Positions 29,850-39,958 of a stretch of DNA of 64,000 nucleotides are shown here, one piece after another (positions within the stretch are counted from its first letter, which is position 1; each line of letters opens with the position of its first letter). Origin of the DNA: Polyangiales bacterium (GTDB taxonomy: Bacteria > Myxococcota_A > Polyangia > Polyangiales > Polyangiaceae). The DNA lies in assembly GCA_038231275.1 (NCBI GenBank), contig JBBRLQ010000009.1, positions 64,001 to 128,000 on the forward strand, given 5' to 3'. The notes below the pieces were generated by a model. It made no database searches. It was not told the DNA's origin and saw only the letters and a program-made list of their open reading frames with translations. The translations under genes were made by a program, and so were the position numbers.

Positions 29850-31607
29850 TCAGCGGAACGGACCCGCGGCGATCTGACCGCGGAGGGCACGCGCGGCGGA
29901 GCACAATCGCTCGAGGAGCGGCTCGGTGGTCTGCGGATCGACGAGCGCATCGGGCAAGAGAACCGCGAGCGCGCTCGCGGAATAGTGCGTGGCCGCGCTC
30001 GCGGAGAGTTCACGAAGCGCGGCGCGCGCGGCTTGCGACGTCGTTGGCGCGTCGAGATCCACGTCCATCGGAGGATCGAGCACGACGGCGACGCGCGCCC
30101 CTGCGATCTCGCCCTTTTCGCCCCAGAGCGTCCCGACTTCGACGGGATCGGTCCCCCACGTGCCGCGAATCCACATGCGACCGCGCTCGAGCCGTCCGTG
30201 GAGTCGCGCCGCGAAAGCCTCCCACGTCGGCACGTGCGCGGCCATGGCAGCGGGCGGCGGCACGGTAGGCAGCGCAGTCGCGAGCGCCAGCGCGATCGCC
30301 TTGTAGCGCGCGACAGCACGAATCAGCCGATCGACCACCTGCGCGTTTCCTCGGTGCGCGAGGCGCGCGCCGTGATCGTCGACATGGACGACGTCGAGCT
30401 CGACGAGCAGGTCCAAGAGGGCGGGCGAGAGGAGCGCCTGCGCTTGCGCGTGCTCGCGCGCATGGATCGTGAATTTGCGCGAGGCCTTGTCGTGCGCGAC
30501 GTCGACGTGATCGCCGAACAGGCTCGTCCACTCGCGCTTTCCCAGTGTCAGATCGATCCCGAGCGGCGGCCACGACAGCGCCGCGCTCACGAACATGTCG
30601 CCGCCGCGCGCCTCCATCTGAACGACGAGCGACACGTCGCCTGCCGTGAGGAGCATCCGCTCTTGCTCCGCGTCGTTCACGAGACCCAGGCGCGCCGCGA
30701 CGTCGTTCCACACCACGGCACGTCTCTCACGACCGACCGGGGCCACGCGTCCCTCGCGCACGCGCCGCCCCGCGTTGCTCTCGGCGGGCTGAACCACGAT
30801 CGGCACACGCAGCACGACATCGCTCCCGAGCGCGACGTCCGCGCGGAGCTCGAGCTGGTAGTCGAGGTGGAAGAGGTGCGCCTGGAACGTAGGCGCGACG
30901 TGCGCGGGAAAGGCGAGGCGAAACGGAACGGACGATCCCTCGGCCGGACCGCCGGCGTGGATCTGCGCGCCGAGCCGCGCCGCGTAGAGATCGCTCGCGA
31001 ACGTCGCGTGGCGGTGCTCGAGCCCGAGGATGGTCGCCCGCACCTCCCGGATTTTCTTCGCCGGTACGTTCGCGAGGGACAGCGATCCGCTGACCGCCTC
31101 CCCCGCGACGATCTCCGTCCGATCGAGCGCCGCCTCCATGTACGGCGCCCCGCCGGTCGGCCCCGCGGTGTTCGTCGCGAACGTCTGCGGCTGTGGCTCG
31201 GCGACCGCGCGCGGCGCCCATCGCACGGGCACGACGTACGACTCGCGTCGATCGGGCCACCAAGGGATCGATACGTGTATTTTGCAGATGTACTGGATCG
31301 AGCTCTCGGCGCCGGTGAAGGACGCGGGGGAATCGCTCGCGATCGGGAATTTCCCGGCGAACGTGCGTGATCCGGCGGCGAGCACTCCGGGCTCGTGGCG
31401 GACGTGCAAGCGGCTCAGCGTGTGCACCGAGGCGCGGCGCGAGTTGCCGCCGCCCGTGAACATCTGCTCGAACGCGTGGAGCTCGATCTCGATGAAGTCG
31501 CACGGCGTCTCGGAGCGGCTCTCGACCAGCAGCTCCGCGACGAACGTCGTCCCCGGGTAGATCGCCCCCGGCGCGAGCGTGAGCTTGACGCGCGGGCGGC
31601 TCCGCAT
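29850..31607 (-). CDS. Protein with two arrestin/Spo0M-like beta-sandwich domains
   Basis: Two related modules (FPIASDSPASF..IQY..IHVSIPWWPD and FRLAFPAHVAPTF..LDYQLELRADV..D); begins 9 nt after the glnS stop. Confidence 0.6.
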   Translation of the reverse strand: MRSRPRVKLTLAPGAIYPGTTFVAELLVESRSETPCDFIEIELHAFEQMFTGGGNSRRASVHTLSRLHVRHEPGVLAAGSRTFAGKFPIASDSPASFTGAESSIQYICKIHVSIPWWPDRRESYVVPVRWAPRAVAEPQPQTFATNTAGPTGGAPYMEAALDRTEIVAGEAVSGSLSLANVPAKKIREVRATILGLEHRHATFASDLYAARLGAQIHAGGPAEGSSVPFRLAFPAHVAPTFQAHLFHLDYQLELRADVALGSDVVLRVPIVVQPAESNAGRRVREGRVAPVGRERRAVVWNDVAARLGLVNDAEQERMLLTAGDVSLVVQMEARGGDMFVSAALSWPPLGIDLTLGKREWTSLFGDHVDVAHDKASRKFTIHAREHAQAQALLSPALLDLLVELDVVHVDDHGARLAHRGNAQVVDRLIRAVARYKAIALALATALPTVPPPAAMAAHVPTWEAFAARLHGRLERGRMWIRGTWGTDPVEVGTLWGEKGEIAGARVAVVLDPPMDVDLDAPTTSQAARAALRELSASAATHYSASALAVLLPDALVDPQTTEPLLERLCSAARALRGQIAAGPFR

Positions 31608-31616
31608 CGTCTGCGC

Positions 31617-33320
31617 TTACTTCGCGGCCTGCGCCGCCCAGCCGTCCTTGAGCGTGATGGTCCGGTTCATGACGAGCGCGCCGTCCTTCGAGTCCGCGTC
31701 GACGCAGAAATACCCGATGCGCTCGAACTGCACGCGATCGAGCGTCTTCAGCGAGGCGAGGCTCGGCTCCACCTTCACGCCCTTCACGACCTCGAGCGAG
31801 CCGGGGTTCAGGTGCTTCAAGAACGCGTCCTTCTCCTCGCCGGCGGTCGGATTCTCGACCGAGAAGAGGCGATCGTAGAGGCGCACCTCGGCGTCCTTGG
31901 CGTGGCTCGCGCTCACCCAGTGGATGGTGCCCTTCACCTTGCGTCCGTCGTGCGGCGCGCCGCCTTTGCTCTGCGGGTCCCACGTGCACACGAGCTCGAT
32001 GACCTTGCCGGCCGCGTCCTTCTTCACTTCTTTGCACGTGACGAGGGCGGCATACCGGAGCCGGACCTCTGCGCCGGGCGCGAGGCGGAACCATTTCTTC
32101 GCGGCCACCTCCATGAAGTCGTCCTGCTCGATGTAGAGGACGTTGCTGAAGGGCACTTTGCGCGACGGTCCGTCCGGCTTCTCCGGATCGTACGGGCAGT
32201 CGAACCAGTGGACCTCGCCCTCCGCGAAATTCTCGATCGTCACCTTCAGCGGCCGAAGCACCGCCATCACACGGGGGCTCGTCGCGTTCAGGTGCTCGCG
32301 GATCGCGTGCTCGAAGAGCGACACCTCGACGACCGCGTTGCGCGTCGACACGCCCGTGCGCTCGCAAAACGCTTTGATCGCCTCCGCCGTTACTCCGCGG
32401 CGCCGCAAACCTGCGAGGGTCGGCATGCGCGGATCGTCCCACCCCGTGACGTGCTTCTCCTCGACGAGCTGCCGGAGCAGGCGCTTGCTCTGCACGGTGT
32501 ACGTGATGGCGAGGCGCGCGAACTCGATCTGCACGGGCCGCGCGTCCGCCGGGGCGCCGATCTGATCGAGGAACCAGTTGTAGAGCGGCCGATGGTTCAC
32601 GTACTCGAGCGAGCAGAGGGAGTGCGTGACGCCCTCGATGAAATCGCTCTGGCCGTGGGCCCAGTCGTACATCGGGTAAATCTTCCACGCGTCGCCGGTG
32701 CGGTGGTGGTGCGCGTGGCGGATGCGGTACATGACCGGATCGCGCATCTTCACGTCGGTCCCCGCCATGTCCCCCTTCGCGCGGAGGACGTGCGCGCCGT
32801 CCGGGAATTCGCCGGCCTTCATGCGGCGAAACAAATCGAGGCTCTCGGCGACCGAGCGGCTGCGGTGCGGGCTCTCCTCGCCCGGCTTGTAGAAGTCGCC
32901 GCGGGTGGCGCGGATCTCCTCGAGCGTGCGCGAGTCGACGTAGGCCTTGCCGGCCTCGATCATCGCGACGGCGTAGTCGTAGAGCTTGCCGAAGTAGTCG
33001 CTCGCGTAAAATTCGCGATCCTTCCAGTCGTAGCCGAGCCAGCGGATGTCGGCCTTGATCTGGTCGACGTACGTGGCGTCCTCGACCTCGGGGTTCGTGT
33101 CGTCGAACCGCAGGTTGCACGTGCCGCCGTTGTCGGCGGCGCCGCTGAAGTTGATCCAGAGCGCCTTCGCGTGCCCGATGTGGAGGTAGCCGTTCGGCTC
33201 CGGAGGGAACCGCGTCACGACGCGCCCGCCATTCTTCCCCGCCGCGACGTCTGCGGCGATGGTCTCCGCGACGAAGTTTCCGGGCTGATCGGTGGGTTTT
33301 TCCGCGGTCTCGTTGCTCAC
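31617..33320 (-). CDS. glnS: Glutaminyl-tRNA synthetase
   Basis: TRFPPEPNGYLHIGH, LRFDDTNP, IYPMYD, EFARL, WDDPRMPT, EVRLYDRLF, QFERIGYF. Confidence 0.97.
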   Translation of the reverse strand: MSNETAEKPTDQPGNFVAETIAADVAAGKNGGRVVTRFPPEPNGYLHIGHAKALWINFSGAADNGGTCNLRFDDTNPEVEDATYVDQIKADIRWLGYDWKDREFYASDYFGKLYDYAVAMIEAGKAYVDSRTLEEIRATRGDFYKPGEESPHRSRSVAESLDLFRRMKAGEFPDGAHVLRAKGDMAGTDVKMRDPVMYRIRHAHHHRTGDAWKIYPMYDWAHGQSDFIEGVTHSLCSLEYVNHRPLYNWFLDQIGAPADARPVQIEFARLAITYTVQSKRLLRQLVEEKHVTGWDDPRMPTLAGLRRRGVTAEAIKAFCERTGVSTRNAVVEVSLFEHAIREHLNATSPRVMAVLRPLKVTIENFAEGEVHWFDCPYDPEKPDGPSRKVPFSNVLYIEQDDFMEVAAKKWFRLAPGAEVRLRYAALVTCKEVKKDAAGKVIELVCTWDPQSKGGAPHDGRKVKGTIHWVSASHAKDAEVRLYDRLFSVENPTAGEEKDAFLKHLNPGSLEVVKGVKVEPSLASLKTLDRVQFERIGYFCVDADSKDGALVMNRTITLKDGWAAQAAK

Positions 33321-33377
33321 GGACGGGACTTTAGAGCACCCCCCGGGCCTGGTCTACGCCGGTGGTACACTTCCCCA

Positions 33378-33488
33378 ATGGACCCGCACCTGCTCGCGGA
33401 GGAACGCAGCCTCGCGTACCACGCGCGCGTTGCGGAGCTCCAACGGCGCGACCCCGCGGTGCTCGCGCGCGCGAGGCTCTGCGGATGA
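33378..33488 (+). pseudogene. Shortened first gene of a two-gene NTase module
   Basis: MDPHLLAEERSLAYHARVAE..RRDPAVLARAR ends after 36 aa in an ATGA overlap with the next ORF; extended -10 TGGTACACT upstream. Confidence 0.5.
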
Positions 33489-33655
33489 CGCGCACCCAGC
33501 TGGAGCACATCACCTTCGTCGCCGACGCGGTTGCGCATGGTCTCGTTCAGGAGGGCACTCTCCTCGAGCGCCTCGCCAAGACGACGATGCCAGAAGGAAC
33601 CATGGAGCTCACGAAGAGCCGGATCGCGCGCGATTTCAAGGCCGGCGGGCGTTGA
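33485..33655 (+). pseudogene. Internally deleted DUF6036-like nucleotidyltransferase
   Basis: MTRTQLEHI joined directly to FVADAVAHGLV..TLLERL, which resemble the family N- and C-termini without the catalytic core. Confidence 0.5.
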
Positions 33656-33674
33656 GCGACGTCCCGAACGGGAA

Positions 33675-34304
33675 TCAGATTCCGTTCGCCTCCGCGAGGT
33701 AAGGGAACGTCGCGTGGCTGCGGGTCGTCGCTTGATCGACGCCGTCGGTGATCGCCTCGTCGTCCTCCGCCGACGCGCCCGGGCCGCGAATCAAGAAATT
33801 CAGCGTCACGTCGAGCGCGTCCTCGTTGGGCATCCGGCCGCCGCAGGTCTGGTGCTCTTTGCCCGTCAGGCCCGCGCGCTCGATCTCGAGGTACGTGTGC
33901 GGCGCCGCGAAGTCGCACGGCTTCGACGTATCGACGACGAGGTAGTTTCCCGCCGCCATGCGCGACGTCCACGCCTCGGTCTGCGCCGGCGTCCACCCCA
34001 CGACGCCGTCCGCCGCGTCGTACTTGGCGAGGTTGCTCACGAACGTGTCCTTGAATTTGCCGGCCTCGATGTGGAACGGGTCCGCCGTGTTGAACGGGTC
34101 GAGCCCGCCGAGGTTCAGCGCGACGGGCGCCTTCACGAGCATCATCGTCGTCGCCTCGACGATCCCCGCGTGGTCGACGTTGCCCTTGAAGCCCACGAGC
34201 TGATCCTCGGTGTCGTCGGGCGGCGGCGTGGCGTTGTTCGCGCTGCACCCGTAGGCGGCGACGAGCGAGACGAGGGCGAGGGCTCCAAAGAGGGACGTCT
34301 TCAT
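33675..34304 (-). CDS. Lipoprotein carrying the C-terminal half of a DUF4331-like domain
   Basis: GGAGAG SD; lipobox AAYGC; GGRMPNEDALDVTL...DGVD...TFPYLA. Confidence 0.75.
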   Translation of the reverse strand: MKTSLFGALALVSLVAAYGCSANNATPPPDDTEDQLVGFKGNVDHAGIVEATTMMLVKAPVALNLGGLDPFNTADPFHIEAGKFKDTFVSNLAKYDAADGVVGWTPAQTEAWTSRMAAGNYLVVDTSKPCDFAAPHTYLEIERAGLTGKEHQTCGGRMPNEDALDVTLNFLIRGPGASAEDDEAITDGVDQATTRSHATFPYLAEANGI

Positions 34305-34318
34305 GGTTCTCTCCGTGC

Positions 34319-34984
34319 TCACTTTCGGACCGTTTGCGCGGCGACGGCGAGGAGGGGCCCTGCGAGGCGCGCCTTGTCGATCTCGACGACGATGCTGAGG
34401 ACGTTCTGGCCATGCAGGCCGTTCACTCCGGAGCTCTTCGCTACGTTGGTCCCGGAGATGAACTTGACGGTCTTGCCGAGATCCAAGAACCAGGAGTCCG
34501 AGCGGACCCCCGCGAAGACGCGGACGCCGTTCTTCGCCACGCTGCCGCCGGCGCCGAAGCTCGACGAGCGGGTGTCGAATTGGACCGACTCGCTGGAGGC
34601 GCCGCCGAGGTGGAAGGCGCACGTCGCGCGCTGCTTCGGCTCGATGACCGGCATGCCGCCCGCGAACGAGCAAACGATCTTCTGCTCGCGCGAGGCGTCG
34701 GCGGTCGGCTTGAGCGTCTTCGCGTCGTCGATGGGGCGGATGCGAAAGACGTAGTCGACCGCGTTCGAGAACCGCGAGCGGGTCGACGCGAACGGGGTGA
34801 CGTTCATGACGAGGACGAGCTTGCTGTCGTCCTCGGGGCTCGTGAACGTGTAGATGTCCGTGAGGTCTGCGGCGCGATCGAGCGTGGTCGTGAGACCGTC
34901 GGCATGATCGGACGCATGGCTCGGGGCCTCGGCGCCCAACACGACGGCCAGCGCGGCGAGCCCGAGGACGAAGGCGTTCTTCAT
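34319..34984 (-). CDS. Secreted N-terminal half of a DUF4331-like domain
   Basis: Signal peptide then SDHAD, DLTDIYTF, LVLVMNV, RVFAGVRSD..FLDL, NVLSIVVEI. Confidence 0.85.
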   Translation of the reverse strand: MKNAFVLGLAALAVVLGAEAPSHASDHADGLTTTLDRAADLTDIYTFTSPEDDSKLVLVMNVTPFASTRSRFSNAVDYVFRIRPIDDAKTLKPTADASREQKIVCSFAGGMPVIEPKQRATCAFHLGGASSESVQFDTRSSSFGAGGSVAKNGVRVFAGVRSDSWFLDLGKTVKFISGTNVAKSSGVNGLHGQNVLSIVVEIDKARLAGPLLAVAAQTVRK

Positions 34985-35114
34985 GGCGCAAGGGTCTGCA
35001 CCGGTTATGCCACAATGTGGGTATGTAAATTACGCATGAATTCCCGGGCTAGGACCGATGTGTGTCCAGGTAGGATGTACCCAAGATCCACCACCCCGCG
35101 TAGGGTGGACGGTG

Positions 35115-36482
35115 ATGCGCACGCCTCCCGCGCGGACGTGGGTCGTCCGAGGGCTCGTCGTCGCGGCGGCCCTGGGCGTCGTCGTCATCGTCGTTCGCCG
35201 CAACGGCCCAGCGCCTCGTTCGGCGAGCGTCGCCGCGAGTCGCGACGCGCGCGCCCTGCGTGGGCGTCCGAAGACGGCGCGCGAGCTGCCGACGACGAGC
35301 GCGGACATCTACCTCGGCAACCTCGACGAAGAGATCGGCGAGCTCTTGCGCCTCACGCGCGAGCGGCCCGATCTGCTCACGAACCTCACGACGCTCAGCG
35401 CCGCGCACCACACGCGTGGTCGACTGCGCGACGATCCCGACGAGATTCAGCTCGGCATCGACGAGGCGACGAGATGCATCGCGCTCGCGAAGGATCCTCC
35501 CGACACGCCCGCAGCCGCGAGGCAGGACGCGAAGTGCTACTTGATGCGCGCGGAGCAGGAGCAGAGCCTCCATCGCTTCAAGGAGTCGCGCGCCGATCTG
35601 AAGCGGGCGCGCGACGCGTTCTCCGATCCCGCGCGCGGCGTCGATCTCGAGACCGAGCTGGACTGGAACGACGGGCTCTACGCGGTCTCCATCCCCAAGC
35701 TCCGTGAAGCGCGCCGACTGCGTCCGTCGACGTCGACGTGGATCCGCGAGGCGCAGCTCGAACACGATCTCGGGCACGAGGACGAGGCCGACGCGGCGTT
35801 CGAGGCGGCCGAGGATCTCATCATGGACACGAACCCGCTCATCGTGGCGCACCTGAACGTGCAGCGCGGCATCCAGAAGGTGGCGACCGGGAAGCTCGAC
35901 CTCGCGATCGATTTCTTTCGCGAGGCGGTGGCGCGCGTCCCCACGCACGTCGCGGCGGCCGAGCACCTCGCGGAGACGCTGGGGATGCAGGGCCGCCACG
36001 ACGCCGCGGCGGCGCGCTACGAGAAGGTCGTCGCGATGTCGGACGATCCAGAGTTTTCGCATGCCCTCGCGGCCGAGTACGCGCTGATCGGCGGACGCGA
36101 GAAGGAGACCGCCGCGCTCGAGGCGAAGGCGCGCGAGGGCTACGAGCGCCTCGTCGCGAAGTACCCGGAGGCCATGTACTGGCACGCGTCGGAGTACTAC
36201 CTCGCGACGAACGATGCGCCGCGCGCGCTCGCGCTCTTGGAAAAAAACGTGGCGCTGCGCCCAGGGAGCCCGAGCTACGTCGCCCTGGCGCGCGCGCAAC
36301 TCGCGAACGGGCGCGTCGCCGACGCGAAGGCCTCGATCGACAAGGCCCTCGCGATGCCGCTCGTGTCCGCGGACCTCTTCATGACGGCGTCGCGCGTCTA
36401 CGCCAAGTCCGGCGACGCCAAGGCCGCCGAGGGGTTTCGCGCACGAGCGCTTGGCATCAACCCTCGCGCCGAAGGCGACTGA
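35115..36482 (+). CDS. Membrane-anchored TPR protein
   Basis: N-terminal TM segment and multiple TPR-like helices; divergent from the DUF4331 genes. Confidence 0.8.
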   Translation: MRTPPARTWVVRGLVVAAALGVVVIVVRRNGPAPRSASVAASRDARALRGRPKTARELPTTSADIYLGNLDEEIGELLRLTRERPDLLTNLTTLSAAHHTRGRLRDDPDEIQLGIDEATRCIALAKDPPDTPAAARQDAKCYLMRAEQEQSLHRFKESRADLKRARDAFSDPARGVDLETELDWNDGLYAVSIPKLREARRLRPSTSTWIREAQLEHDLGHEDEADAAFEAAEDLIMDTNPLIVAHLNVQRGIQKVATGKLDLAIDFFREAVARVPTHVAAAEHLAETLGMQGRHDAAAARYEKVVAMSDDPEFSHALAAEYALIGGREKETAALEAKAREGYERLVAKYPEAMYWHASEYYLATNDAPRALALLEKNVALRPGSPSYVALARAQLANGRVADAKASIDKALAMPLVSADLFMTASRVYAKSGDAKAAEGFRARALGINPRAEGD

Positions 36483-36485
36483 GCC

Positions 36486-37244
36486 TCACGGCACCGTGTC
36501 GCACGCGACGTCGTCGAAGAGGAAGTCGAACGGACCTCCGCCCTCGGTGTACACGAGACCCACGGCGAGCTGCGGTGCGGCGCCGGTCGCGACGGTCATC
36601 GTCTCGGTGTGCGCGGGCTGACCGTCGAAGGCGAACGAGATCGTCTTCCAGTCCGTATCGAAGCGGAGGTGGTGCCAGGCGCCGTTCTGGACGTCGGCGA
36701 CCGGGTTGAGGCTCGTGGTCTTGCCGCCGTCGGGGAAGGCGAGCTCTTGTCCCACGAGCGTGCCGGTGTCTGTGGCTTGCAGGTACGCGTAATAGAAGGT
36801 GCCGGCTGGAGCTGCGGAGAGGCGCAACTCGAAGACGTCCGCGGCGCCACCCGCGCGCTGGCGCAAGAGCACGTCGAGGTCGCAGCGGAGCTTGCCGGCG
36901 GACGGTTCGGGCAGCTTCTTGTAGAGGACGACCGAGCGCGCGGCGGCTTGGCTTGGCGAACGCGCACGCAGCGCGAACGGCGGCGAACGAAAGCTCGCGT
37001 CGTCGACGTCGAGCGGGCCGCCCGTCACGTTTCGGTCGTCCCAACGCGCGCCGAGCGCGCCCTGATCGAAATCGTCACAGAAGACGTGCGTGCTCCCACA
37101 TGGAGACACCGCCGCGTCCGCCGTTGAAACGGGCGCGGCGCCTCCGCTGCTCGAGGAGCAGCTCGCGAACGCGCCGAGCGCAGTGACGACGAGCGCGCAG
37201 CCCGCAAACCCGACCGCAAGCCCCGGCGGATGGCGGCCCCTCAC
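36486..37244 (-). CDS. Lipoprotein with ConA-like beta-sandwich
   Basis: GTGA overlap with the pgi stop; lipobox [22 protein letters not shown]. Confidence 0.7.
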   Translation of the reverse strand: MRGRHPPGLAVGFAGCALVVTALGAFASCSSSSGGAAPVSTADAAVSPCGSTHVFCDDFDQGALGARWDDRNVTGGPLDVDDASFRSPPFALRARSPSQAAARSVVLYKKLPEPSAGKLRCDLDVLLRQRAGGAADVFELRLSAAPAGTFYYAYLQATDTGTLVGQELAFPDGGKTTSLNPVADVQNGAWHHLRFDTDWKTISFAFDGQPAHTETMTVATGAAPQLAVGLVYTEGGGPFDFLFDDVACDTVP

Positions 37245-38887
37245 GACGTCCTCTGCCGCTTGTACCTGTTGATGAGGCCGTTCGTCGACGCGTCGTGCGT
37301 CGTCACCTCGCCCGCGCCTGCAAGCTCCGGCTCGATCTTCTTCGCGAGCTGCTTGCCGAGCTCCACGCCCCACTGGTCGAAGCTGTAGATGTCCCAGATG
37401 CAGCCTTGCGTGAAGATCTTGTGCTCGTACATGGCGACGAGCCGGCCGAGAGTCTTCGGCGTAAGCTTCTGGAAGAGGATCGACGTCGTCGGTCGGTTGC
37501 CGGTGAAGACCTTGTGCGGCGTGAGCTCCGCGACGCGCTCGGGCGGGACCTTCGCCGCCTCGAGCTCCGCCTTCGCCTCCGCCTCGGTTTTGCCCTTCAT
37601 CAGCGCCTCGGTCTGCGCGAAGAAATTCGCGAGGAGGACCTCGTGGTGGTGCCCGAGCGGGTTCTGGGTCTCGATAGGCGCGAGGAAGTCCGCGGGAACG
37701 ATGCGCGTCCCCTGGTGAATGAGCTGGTAGAAGGCGTGCTGGCCGTTGGTGCCGGGCTCGCCCCACACGATGGGGCCCGTCGAATAGTCGGTGATGCGCG
37801 CGCCGCCGCGGGTGACGCCTTTGCCGTTCGACTCCATGTCCCCCTGCTGGAAATACGCGGGGAAGCGGTGCATGTACTGGTCGTACGGCAAGATGGCGTG
37901 CGTCTCGGCGCCGAAGAAATTCATGTACCAGACGCCGAGCATGCCGAGGATGACCGGAATGTTCTTCTCGAGCGGCGCGGTGCGAAAGTGCTCGTCCATT
38001 TCGTGGGCGCCGGTGAGCAGCTCCTCGAACGCGTCCATACCGATGACCGTCGCGATGGGGAGGCCGATGGCGCTCCACAAAGAGTAGCGGCCGCCGACCC
38101 AGTCCCAGAACGCGAACATGTTGTTCGTGTCGATGCCGAACTTCTTCACCTCTTCGGTTGCCGTCGAGACCGCGACGAAGTGCTTGGGAACCGCGGCCTC
38201 GGTGCCGAGGCGGCCGACGAGCCAATCACGCGCGGACCGCGCGTTCATGAGCGTCTCCTGCGTCGTGAACGTCTTGGAGGCGACGATGAAGAGCGTGGTC
38301 TCCGGATCGAGCGGCTTCACCGTCTCCGTGAGGTGCGTGCCGTCGACGTTCGAGACGAAGTGCGCGGCGAGGCCTTTCTGCCAATACGGGCGCAGCGCCT
38401 CGGTCGCCATGACCGGTCCGAGATCGGATCCACCGATGCCGATGTTGACGACGTCGGTGATGCGCTTGCCGGTGTGGCCCTTCCACGCGCCGCTGCGGAC
38501 TTGCTCGGTGAAGATGCGCATCTTCGCGAGCACCGCGTTCACCTCCGGCATCACGTCTTTGCCGTCGACCAAGATCGGCGAATTTTTGCGGTTACGGAGC
38601 GCGACGTGGAGGACGGCGCGGTTCTCGGTGCCGTTGATGCGGCCGCCGGAGAACATCTTGTCGCGCCATTCGCCGACCTTCTGCTGCTCGGCGAGGGCGA
38701 GCAGCAGACCCATGGTCTGCTTGGTCACGCGGTGCTTCGAGTAGTCGACGAAGAGATCGCCGTGCTCGATTGAGAACCGCGAGAAGCGCTCCTTGTCCTC
38801 GGCGAAGAGCGCGCGCATGTGGACGCCCTTGATTTCGGCGTGGTGCGTGGCGAGCGCGGCCCATGCCGGCGACGTCGTGAGGCTCAT
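37241..38887 (-). CDS. pgi: Glucose-6-phosphate isomerase
   Basis: [70 protein letters not shown]. Confidence 0.98.
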   Translation of the reverse strand: MSLTTSPAWAALATHHAEIKGVHMRALFAEDKERFSRFSIEHGDLFVDYSKHRVTKQTMGLLLALAEQQKVGEWRDKMFSGGRINGTENRAVLHVALRNRKNSPILVDGKDVMPEVNAVLAKMRIFTEQVRSGAWKGHTGKRITDVVNIGIGGSDLGPVMATEALRPYWQKGLAAHFVSNVDGTHLTETVKPLDPETTLFIVASKTFTTQETLMNARSARDWLVGRLGTEAAVPKHFVAVSTATEEVKKFGIDTNNMFAFWDWVGGRYSLWSAIGLPIATVIGMDAFEELLTGAHEMDEHFRTAPLEKNIPVILGMLGVWYMNFFGAETHAILPYDQYMHRFPAYFQQGDMESNGKGVTRGGARITDYSTGPIVWGEPGTNGQHAFYQLIHQGTRIVPADFLAPIETQNPLGHHHEVLLANFFAQTEALMKGKTEAEAKAELEAAKVPPERVAELTPHKVFTGNRPTTSILFQKLTPKTLGRLVAMYEHKIFTQGCIWDIYSFDQWGVELGKQLAKKIEPELAGAGEVTTHDASTNGLINRYKRQRTS

Positions 38888-38917
38888 CGTGGATCCCTCC
38901 TCTTCCGTGGGCCACGG

Positions 38918-39850
38918 ATGGTAGCATCGCGGTCCTTGGCCACGACACGCCGAACGAAGGGGCAACAGCCGGAGACGAGCCCGACCGCGTTTCAGCCGCC
39001 GGGATACCCGGGCAAGCGCGCGTCCGGCGCGCAGGGGGCGTGCCTCGTCGTGATCTACGGACCGGAGCTGGGGCGTCGCGCGACGCTGGCGCGCGGCACG
39101 TTCGAGATCGGGCGCTCGGGGCGCTGTGACTTGCCGATCGATCAAGAGACCGTGAGTCGCCACCACGCGCGCATCACCTTCGCCGCCGGCTCGCACGTCA
39201 TCGAGGATCTCGGCTCCACGAACGGCACCTACATCCGCGACGTGAAGGCCTCGGGCCGGGTCATCCTCCAGCACGGCGACCAGATCAAGGTCGGCCTCTC
39301 CATCCTCAAGTACATGGCGGGCGACGATCTGGAGACGACGTACCACGAGGAGATCTACCGTCTCATGACGGTGGACGCGCTGACGCAGGCGTTCAACAAG
39401 CGCTACTTCGGCGAGGCCCTCGAGCGCGAGCACAACCGCTCGAAGCGATACCTCCGCGCGCTGTCGCTCGTCGCCTTCGACATCGATCGCTTCAAGGAGC
39501 TGAACGACACGCACGGCCACGTCGCAGGGGACAAGGCGCTCTCGCAGCTCGCCATCGCGATCAAGGCGCGCTTGCGGCAGCAGGACATCTTCTGCCGCAC
39601 CGGCGGCGAGGAGTTCGCGGTGCTCTTGCCGGAGGTCCCCATCGAGGGGGCGCGCATCACGGCGGAGAAGATCCGCGCGATCGCCGCGGCCACTCCGCTC
39701 GACCTGGGCGGCGCGACGGTCACGTGCACGGTGAGCCTCGGCGTCGCCACGCTGGGCGGCGCGATCGAGACCTCCGAGCAGCTCGTCGCCGCCGCCGATG
39801 CGCGTCTCTACGAGGCGAAAGGCCAGGGCCGCAATCGGGTGGTCGGGTAG
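38918..39850 (+). CDS. FHA-GGDEF diguanylate cyclase
   Basis: FHA (IGR, VSRHHA, GSTNGT); [19 protein letters not shown] with an RxxD I-site (RQQD). Alternative start is TTG 38936. Confidence 0.92.
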   Translation: MVASRSLATTRRTKGQQPETSPTAFQPPGYPGKRASGAQGACLVVIYGPELGRRATLARGTFEIGRSGRCDLPIDQETVSRHHARITFAAGSHVIEDLGSTNGTYIRDVKASGRVILQHGDQIKVGLSILKYMAGDDLETTYHEEIYRLMTVDALTQAFNKRYFGEALEREHNRSKRYLRALSLVAFDIDRFKELNDTHGHVAGDKALSQLAIAIKARLRQQDIFCRTGGEEFAVLLPEVPIEGARITAEKIRAIAAATPLDLGGATVTCTVSLGVATLGGAIETSEQLVAAADARLYEAKGQGRNRVVG

Positions 39851-39958
39851 AGGGACGGCGAGCCATCCACGTGGCTCGGCGCCGGGACCCCGACGGCCGC
39901 GCCGAAGTAGTCCGATTGGGGCCCGTTGCCGAGGTTCCCGCGTGCTAGGAACCTCCGA

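Noticed and set aside
31395..33377. 697-aa plus-strand ORF
   Set aside because: Antisense to glnS; only its last 36 codons are considered separately.
34305..34321. Frameshifted DUF4331 pseudogene interpretation
   Set aside because: The second ORF has its own SD and a complete lipoprotein signal, which favours a functional fission.
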